This document shows positions 59,152-64,000 of a stretch of 64,000 nt of DNA, piece by piece. This stretch comes from Sphingomonadales bacterium. GTDB taxonomy: Bacteria; Bacteroidota; Bacteroidia; UBA7662. The notes below the pieces were generated by a model that searched no databases, was not told where the DNA came from, and saw only the letters and a list, made by a program, of their open reading frames with translations. Position 1 is the stretch's first letter. Every line of letters begins with the position of its first letter. The DNA lies in contig VHAX01000006.1 of the NCBI GenBank assembly GCA_016872215.1, forward strand, positions 5,115-69,114. The letters run 5' to 3'. The translations under genes and the position numbers were made by a program.

Positions 59152-59790
59152 CTAGAAGTAAACAGACAGTACAATCTGTCCGCCTGCATTGTCGTTTCCA
59201 ATGATGGTATGGCTGCTTTTGGCATCACCCATTTTAGTGCTGCCAAGCATAAGTCCTAATCCATACTCGGCACCGATGGAAACTTTTGGCCAAATAAAGT
59301 ATTGTGCACCTACAAAGCCGCGTGCCATAATTTCTGTGCCGCTCTCTTCGGTTTTGGTACTTCCTACTTCGGTTTTGTCGCTTGAAATCCCTAATCCTGC
59401 CTCAGCACCATAATATCCCATGATTCTATTGCCTCTGCGCAGTTTCATCATCCCAGCCATCAGGCTAATGTTTGACGCTGAAATAGTGCTGGTGTCGTTG
59501 GGCTTTGATGAAGCCATCCCAATTCCGATTCCTGCCCGATAAGCAAGATCATCCGATTTCATGTATGTGCCTACCAAGGTATTTTCACGTTGCCAATCCA
59601 TTTCGACCGAATTGCCGTCAGAAAATAAATTTCCGATGTAATTCAAGGCGGGCGCAGCGTTAAATCCGATAGAGTAATCTCCAGCGGCAGGTAAACGATC
59701 TTGTGCCCAGGCAGTAGCAGTGAACAAAAGAGAAGCGATGATCAGTGAAAAGATTTTTTTCATAAAAAAGGGTTTAATTTTCCTACTCAT
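59152..59790 (-). CDS. Outer-membrane beta-barrel protein (OmpA-beta-barrel/porin-like, OmpW-type size)
   Basis: Signal peptide MKKIFSLIIASLLFTATAWAQ, alternating amphipathic strands and a C-terminal ...VYF. Confidence 0.55.
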   Translation of the reverse strand: MSRKIKPFFMKKIFSLIIASLLFTATAWAQDRLPAAGDYSIGFNAAPALNYIGNLFSDGNSVEMDWQRENTLVGTYMKSDDLAYRAGIGIGMASSKPNDTSTISASNISLMAGMMKLRRGNRIMGYYGAEAGLGISSDKTEVGSTKTEESGTEIMARGFVGAQYFIWPKVSIGAEYGLGLMLGSTKMGDAKSSHTIIGNDNAGGQIVLSVYF

Positions 59791-59922
59791 AAGGCTTTTC
59801 GGTCACGCCCTGTTTGATTGGTTTTCTTGACTCCAAAGATTTATTAACACAAAGGTAATGTGGAAAATAATCGGGACAATTGCGGGGCACAAAAAGTTAT
59901 CCACACCTAATGTGGTTTTAAA

Positions 59923-59930
59923 TAGATTTG
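59923..59930 (+). promoter_or_regulatory. Candidate -7 element (TAGATTTG) for the DUF962 gene
   Basis: TAnnTTTG motif 10 bp before the annotated ATG. This implies a very short leader or a downstream true start. Confidence 0.2.
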
Positions 59931-59940
59931 TTCGAAATTT

Positions 59941-60264
59941 TTGAAAAATATGATTCAAAACCGCATCAAATCGTTCCGGGAGTTTTACCCGTATTACTTG
60001 AGCGAACATTCGAAAAAGGGCACCCGAATATGGCATTATATCGGTACAACAGCCTTTTTTATGTTGCTGATCGCCGGAGTTTTATCGGGTAATTACAACC
60101 TGTTTTTTTGGCTGCCCTTGGCGGGCTATGGCTGTGCATGGATTGGACACTTTTTTGTGGAAAAAAACAAGCCGGCTACCTTTCAGTATCCGCTTTGGAG
60201 CCTGGCCTCCGATTTTGTTATGTATTTCCAGTGGCTGAGTGGGCGACTGAACGCGGGTCGCTAA
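59941..60264 (+). CDS. DUF962 (Mpo1-like) membrane protein
   Basis: FREFYPYYLSEHSKKGTRIWHYIGT…FFVEKNKPATFQYPLWSLASDFVMYFQ matches the DUF962 core. Confidence 0.55.
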   Translation: MKNMIQNRIKSFREFYPYYLSEHSKKGTRIWHYIGTTAFFMLLIAGVLSGNYNLFFWLPLAGYGCAWIGHFFVEKNKPATFQYPLWSLASDFVMYFQWLSGRLNAGR

Positions 60265-60331
60265 GGCCGAATTTGGGCTAATTCCCCGTATTTTTGCAAG
60301 CTTTTTGCTCCCAACCCCTTAAATTGTAGAC

Positions 60332-61831
60332 GTGAAGATCAGTCAACCCACTTTTAGATCCGAATGGATCAAACATATTACATCCGGTGGGTTTCTGTTG
60401 CTTTATATTTTGCTGTTCATCCCTGCAGCGAAGGCTCAATCGACAGGAGGTGGACCACTAGATGAGGCCTGGACCTTGGAGCGTTGCATCAGGCATGCCC
60501 TCGACAGCAACCTGAGCATACGTCAAGCGGCTATTCAAGTCACCAACAACCGCAACGATCTCCGTCAGCTGCAGTTGAGTCGGTACCCCACGGCCAACGC
60601 GGGCAGTTCACTCAGTCTTAACAACGGCCGGGTCATCGACCCATTCACCAATACCTTCGATGAGCAAACCATCGAATCCAATCAGCTGAGTCTGCAGAGC
60701 GGAGCCTTGATTTATGGGGGTGGTCAGCTGCGACAGAGTATTAAGTCACAGGAAATGGCCTATGAGGCGAGTCGGGAGGATTTAAACAGTACCAGGAATA
60801 ACATAGCACTCAACATCGCCAATTTGTATTTGCAGGCGCTTTTAGCGGAAAAACTTCAAGAGTCGGCCTTGAAACAACTGGAGATGACCCGTGCGCAGCG
60901 GGAAAGGATCCAAAAGCTGGTCGACGCCGGGGCATTGAGCATCGACAACCTGCTCAACATCAGGGCACAAGAGGCTAGCGAGGAGCTGAGTCTGGTGAAC
61001 GCCCGCAATAACTCTACCAATTCGCTGGTGAATCTGGCGCTTCAATTGCAGCGGCCTGACCCAGGCTCATTCCAAATTAAGCAAGCCACGCAGTTTGATC
61101 TACAGGCACCTATGGAAATCGGTATACAGGCGTTGTTTGTCCAGACGGAGCAGCGTATACCCGAACTCAAGGCGGCACAGCTGCGCGAAAAACAGGCGCT
61201 GCATGGACTATCCGCAGCACGGGCAGCACGGTACCCGAGTTTGCGGGGCTTCGCCAATATGAGTACCGTATATTCCAGCACCAACCGACGCTTTCTGACC
61301 GATCAGCCACCCGTCGTTACGGGTACCGCTCCTTTGGGCTACCTGGAAAATGACCCCACCCAGATTGTGGTTCGACCGGTATATAATTACCCCACAGAGC
61401 TCGTTCCCCGTTTCAACCAGTGGGGGGATAATCTGGGGTATGGTTTGGGCTTGTCGCTCTCCATTCCAATTGCTAACAGCGCCCAGGTGGAGACGCAAAT
61501 CAGAAGGGCCGCCCAATCCGCCACACAGGCACGACTGCAGACCCAAACGGCGCGCAACCAACTTTTTTCAGATGTGGCCCGCGCTGTCACCGAATACCGC
61601 GCCGCTCTGGCCAGGGTAGAGGCCAACCGCCGCAATGTGGAAGCCCAACGCGAGAATTATAGTTTTAGTGAGCGGAGACAGGAACAAGGCCTCATCAACC
61701 CGGTCGAATACACAACCATCAAAAACCGACTGCAAATTGCGGAGGTGAACCTCGAACAGGCGCGCTATGAAATGCTCTTCCGCGCCAAAGTCATCGATTT
61801 TTACCTCGGACGCCCCATCATTTTAGAATAA
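60332..61831 (+). CDS. TolC-family outer-membrane efflux protein
   Basis: Signal peptide and two tandem TolC-like coiled-coil/barrel repeats. Confidence 0.75.
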   Translation: MKISQPTFRSEWIKHITSGGFLLLYILLFIPAAKAQSTGGGPLDEAWTLERCIRHALDSNLSIRQAAIQVTNNRNDLRQLQLSRYPTANAGSSLSLNNGRVIDPFTNTFDEQTIESNQLSLQSGALIYGGGQLRQSIKSQEMAYEASREDLNSTRNNIALNIANLYLQALLAEKLQESALKQLEMTRAQRERIQKLVDAGALSIDNLLNIRAQEASEELSLVNARNNSTNSLVNLALQLQRPDPGSFQIKQATQFDLQAPMEIGIQALFVQTEQRIPELKAAQLREKQALHGLSAARAARYPSLRGFANMSTVYSSTNRRFLTDQPPVVTGTAPLGYLENDPTQIVVRPVYNYPTELVPRFNQWGDNLGYGLGLSLSIPIANSAQVETQIRRAAQSATQARLQTQTARNQLFSDVARAVTEYRAALARVEANRRNVEAQRENYSFSERRQEQGLINPVEYTTIKNRLQIAEVNLEQARYEMLFRAKVIDFYLGRPIILE

Positions 61832-61841
61832 CTACCCCCCT

Positions 61842-63218
61842 ATGCAATTTTGGAAACGTATGAAACCCCTGTACCGCATCCTGCTGGTGGCGGGAATCCT
61901 GTTGCTGGCGATGCTGCTGGCACGCGCCATGGGTTGGATTGGAAAAACAGAACCCGAAAAGGTGGCCGTTGAAGCTGCGCAAGTGCGGACACTTATTGAG
62001 ACCGTACTGGCCAATGGAAAAATACAACCCGAAACGGAGGTTAAGTTGTCGTCTGAAATATCCGGGGAGGTTATCGAACTGCTGGTTGCCGAGGGCGATT
62101 CTGTACGCAAGGGACAGCTGTTGGCGCGGATTAACCCCGAGCTGGTGGTGGCCGGACTAGACCGCAGCGAAGCCGCGTTGAACAGCGCACGAGCCCAGGA
62201 GGCCACGTCCAGAGCACGGCTCAATCAACTGAAAGCCACCTATCAGGTCAATATTCAGCCCGCCTATGAGCGCAACCGCAAGCTCTATCAGGATAAAGTC
62301 ATTTCCGAGGCCGAATTTCAGAATTCGAAAGCCACACACGATGCTTTTTTAGAGGATTTAGAGGCGGCGCGACAAACACTTCTGGCAGCAGGATATGCAG
62401 TGGGTAGCGCGGCGGCCGGACAAAAAGAAGCGCGCGAGCAGCTGCAGCGCACGAATATGTATGCCCCGATCGACGGGATCGTTACCCGCCTTTTTGTGGC
62501 GGTGGGAGAACGTGTGGTGGGCACCATGCAAATGACAGGTACTGAGATGATTCGAATTGCCGACCTCGGGAAAATGGAGGCTTTGGTGGAGGTGAGCGAA
62601 GGAGATGTTGTGCGCATCAAAAAGGGCGACAGCGTTCGCGTGGAGGTGGATGCCTATCCCGGCAGAGTATTCAGTGGTTGGGTACGGGAGGTGGCGCATT
62701 CCAGTAAGGCGGGACTGGCTATGGGGGCCACGGGTGACCAGGCAACCAATTTTGAGGTGCGCATCCGTTTGGTGAATGAATCCTATGCCGATTTACTGGT
62801 TGGCGGTCGCCCGCCCCTGAGACCTGGCATGAGTTCATCGGTTGAAATCCTCACCAATCGGGTCGATAACGTTTTATCGGTACCCATCACTTCCGTCACC
62901 ACCCGAATGTTCGGAGTCGACGGCAAGGTCAAAAAGCGTTTTGGGGATTCAGGCGGGGAAGGTGAAAAAGAGGGGGAAAAATTGGAAAGCGAAAAGGAGA
63001 CCGACATACGTGAGGTGGTATTTGTGCATGAAAAGGGGATTGTAAAAGCCGTTCAGGTAAAAACCGGAATTCAGGATGATCAGTTTATTCAAATTATATC
63101 GGGCATCAAATCGGGCGAGGAGGTGGTGACGGCACCCTTCACCGCCTTGTCGAAGTCACTTAACGACGGACAAAAAGTAACGCGTGTGGAGCGCGATCAG
63201 TTGTTCACCGAGGAATGA
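61842..63218 (+). CDS. Efflux transporter periplasmic adaptor (HlyD/membrane-fusion protein family)
   Basis: N-terminal TM anchor, long coiled-coil, lipoyl-like/beta-barrel domains and a Gly/Glu-rich insert (GDSGGEGEKEGEKLESEKE). Confidence 0.75.
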   Translation: MQFWKRMKPLYRILLVAGILLLAMLLARAMGWIGKTEPEKVAVEAAQVRTLIETVLANGKIQPETEVKLSSEISGEVIELLVAEGDSVRKGQLLARINPELVVAGLDRSEAALNSARAQEATSRARLNQLKATYQVNIQPAYERNRKLYQDKVISEAEFQNSKATHDAFLEDLEAARQTLLAAGYAVGSAAAGQKEAREQLQRTNMYAPIDGIVTRLFVAVGERVVGTMQMTGTEMIRIADLGKMEALVEVSEGDVVRIKKGDSVRVEVDAYPGRVFSGWVREVAHSSKAGLAMGATGDQATNFEVRIRLVNESYADLLVGGRPPLRPGMSSSVEILTNRVDNVLSVPITSVTTRMFGVDGKVKKRFGDSGGEGEKEGEKLESEKETDIREVVFVHEKGIVKAVQVKTGIQDDQFIQIISGIKSGEEVVTAPFTALSKSLNDGQKVTRVERDQLFTEE

Positions 63219-64000
63219 GCCAACCCAGGAATTCGTCGGATTCATCCCATTGTTTTGTAGGAGATGCTCCCCGAATTGCTGTTTTGGGCGGGGGCAGCTG
63301 GGCTACTGCATTGGTGAAAATCCTGCTCGACAACCGAGTGGATGTACGCTGGTGGATGCGCAATTCGGAAACAGTGCAGTTCATCCGCAAGTATCACCAC
63401 AACCCACGCTATCTGCCGGCTGCCACGATTCGTATGAAGTCGTCGGCCATCGGAACAGACCTTGACGCTTGTTTGAAAGGGGTGACGCATGTGGTGGTGG
63501 CGGTGCCATCAGCCTTCCTGAAGGTGGCTCTGGCGTCGCTTCCCCGGGAGGTATTTCAAGATAAAATCGTGATATCAGCCGTAAAGGGCATGATCCCCGA
63601 CGAGAATCTACTGATCGGTCAGTATTTCCTTCGACACTTCGATCTGCCAGATGATCGTTTTTTGCTGATTGGCGGGCCATGTCACGCCGAAGAAGCGGCT
63701 CAGGAAAAACTGAGTTATCTTACCATATCGGGTCGTGACGCGGCACGGGCGGAGTTGTTGGCAGTGGCCCTCCGCAACCGCTACATAAATGTATCGGTGA
63801 GTGAAGATACGGAGGGCACGGAATACGCCGCCATTATGAAGAATATTTATGCAGTGGCCGGTGGTATAGCCAATGGATTGGGCTATGGTGATAATTTTAT
63901 GGCCGTTCTGGTCAGTAACGCTATTATTGAACTCAAGCAGTTCTTGATGAGCATCTATCCGGTGCGGCGCGATATCAAGGGCTCAGCCTATTTGGGCGAC
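63215..64000 (+). CDS. gpsA: NAD(P)H-dependent glycerol-3-phosphate dehydrogenase, 3' end beyond window
   Basis: My own translation gives MSQPRNSS…IAVLGGGSWATALVKIL…YLPAATI…VVAVPSAF…GGPCHAEE…GSAYLGD. There is no stop before the window end, so it is absent from the ORF track. The ATG overlaps the HlyD stop (ATGA). Confidence 0.8.
   Translation, partial: MSQPRNSSDSSHCFVGDAPRIAVLGGGSWATALVKILLDNRVDVRWWMRNSETVQFIRKYHHNPRYLPAATIRMKSSAIGTDLDACLKGVTHVVVAVPSAFLKVALASLPREVFQDKIVISAVKGMIPDENLLIGQYFLRHFDLPDDRFLLIGGPCHAEEAAQEKLSYLTISGRDAARAELLAVALRNRYINVSVSEDTEGTEYAAIMKNIYAVAGGIANGLGYGDNFMAVLVSNAIIELKQFLMSIYPVRRDIKGSAYLGD

Noticed and set aside
59881-59925. Paired TAATGTGG motifs and a partial palindrome (AGGTAATGTGG … CCACACCTAATGTGG) upstream of the DUF962 gene as a possible regulator site
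   Set aside because: It is short and imperfect, has no partner regulator nearby, and could be chance. It is noted only as a weak candidate.
1-64000. Search for CRISPR arrays, IS elements/transposases, integrases, restriction-modification or other classic defence-island genes
   Set aside because: I saw no short spaced direct-repeat arrays, no DDE or serine/tyrosine recombinase signatures, and no methylase or endonuclease motifs. The only mobile or defence-related trace is the decayed DUF3368/PIN-like fragment.

Overview
This 64-kb window (about 55% GC) looks like a Bacteroidota chromosome segment. The evidence is a SusC/SusD outer-membrane pair, proteins with T9SS C-terminal sorting domains, an exbB–exbD–exbD cluster, a GH3-family gene, and TAnnTTTG-type promoter motifs. 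It is gene-dense and mostly housekeeping: murB, an acyl-CoA dehydrogenase, lipA, map, yebC, gpmA-like, moxR, tatD, ansA, ispB-like, lptB, recJ, uvrB, sodA, a partial gpsA and one tRNA-Ser(GGA). There is also a phenylacetyl-CoA epoxidase block (tetR/paaR-like plus paaA, B, C, D) and a TolC plus membrane-fusion efflux pair. I found no CRISPR array, transposase or integrase.

The most unusual locus is a two-gene metal (Mn/Zn-type) ABC importer at 49695–53407 on the minus strand, in which all four usual components are fused into two polypeptides:
- One protein carries a signal peptide, a ZnuA/MntA-like substrate-binding domain, a 7-aa x3 repeat linker, a single transmembrane helix and a ZnuC-like ATPase.
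- The other is an ABC-3 permease fused to a C-terminal DtxR/MntR-like repressor domain.
- A near-perfect palindrome (TTAGAC-TA-GTCTAA) sits just upstream of this operon. It recurs almost identically in the divergent promoter region between a TonB-dependent receptor and a hotdog-fold (DUF4442) gene, which suggests a small metal regulon controlled by the membrane-tethered repressor.
- Mn/Fe-SOD is encoded divergently next to the importer.

Other notable features:
- A perfect 165-bp tandem duplication carrying the 5' end of a 51-aa ORF upstream of a glycerophosphodiester phosphodiesterase.
- Three tandem 49-bp repeats upstream of the TonB-dependent receptor.
- An alpha/beta hydrolase with an internal 11-aa x~10 tandem-repeat insertion.
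- A paaABCD cluster without paaE in view, with a TetR gene and two palindromic operator-like sites.
- Two decayed genes: a TPR protein with a nonsense codon and a frameshift, and a DUF3368/PIN-like toxin remnant.
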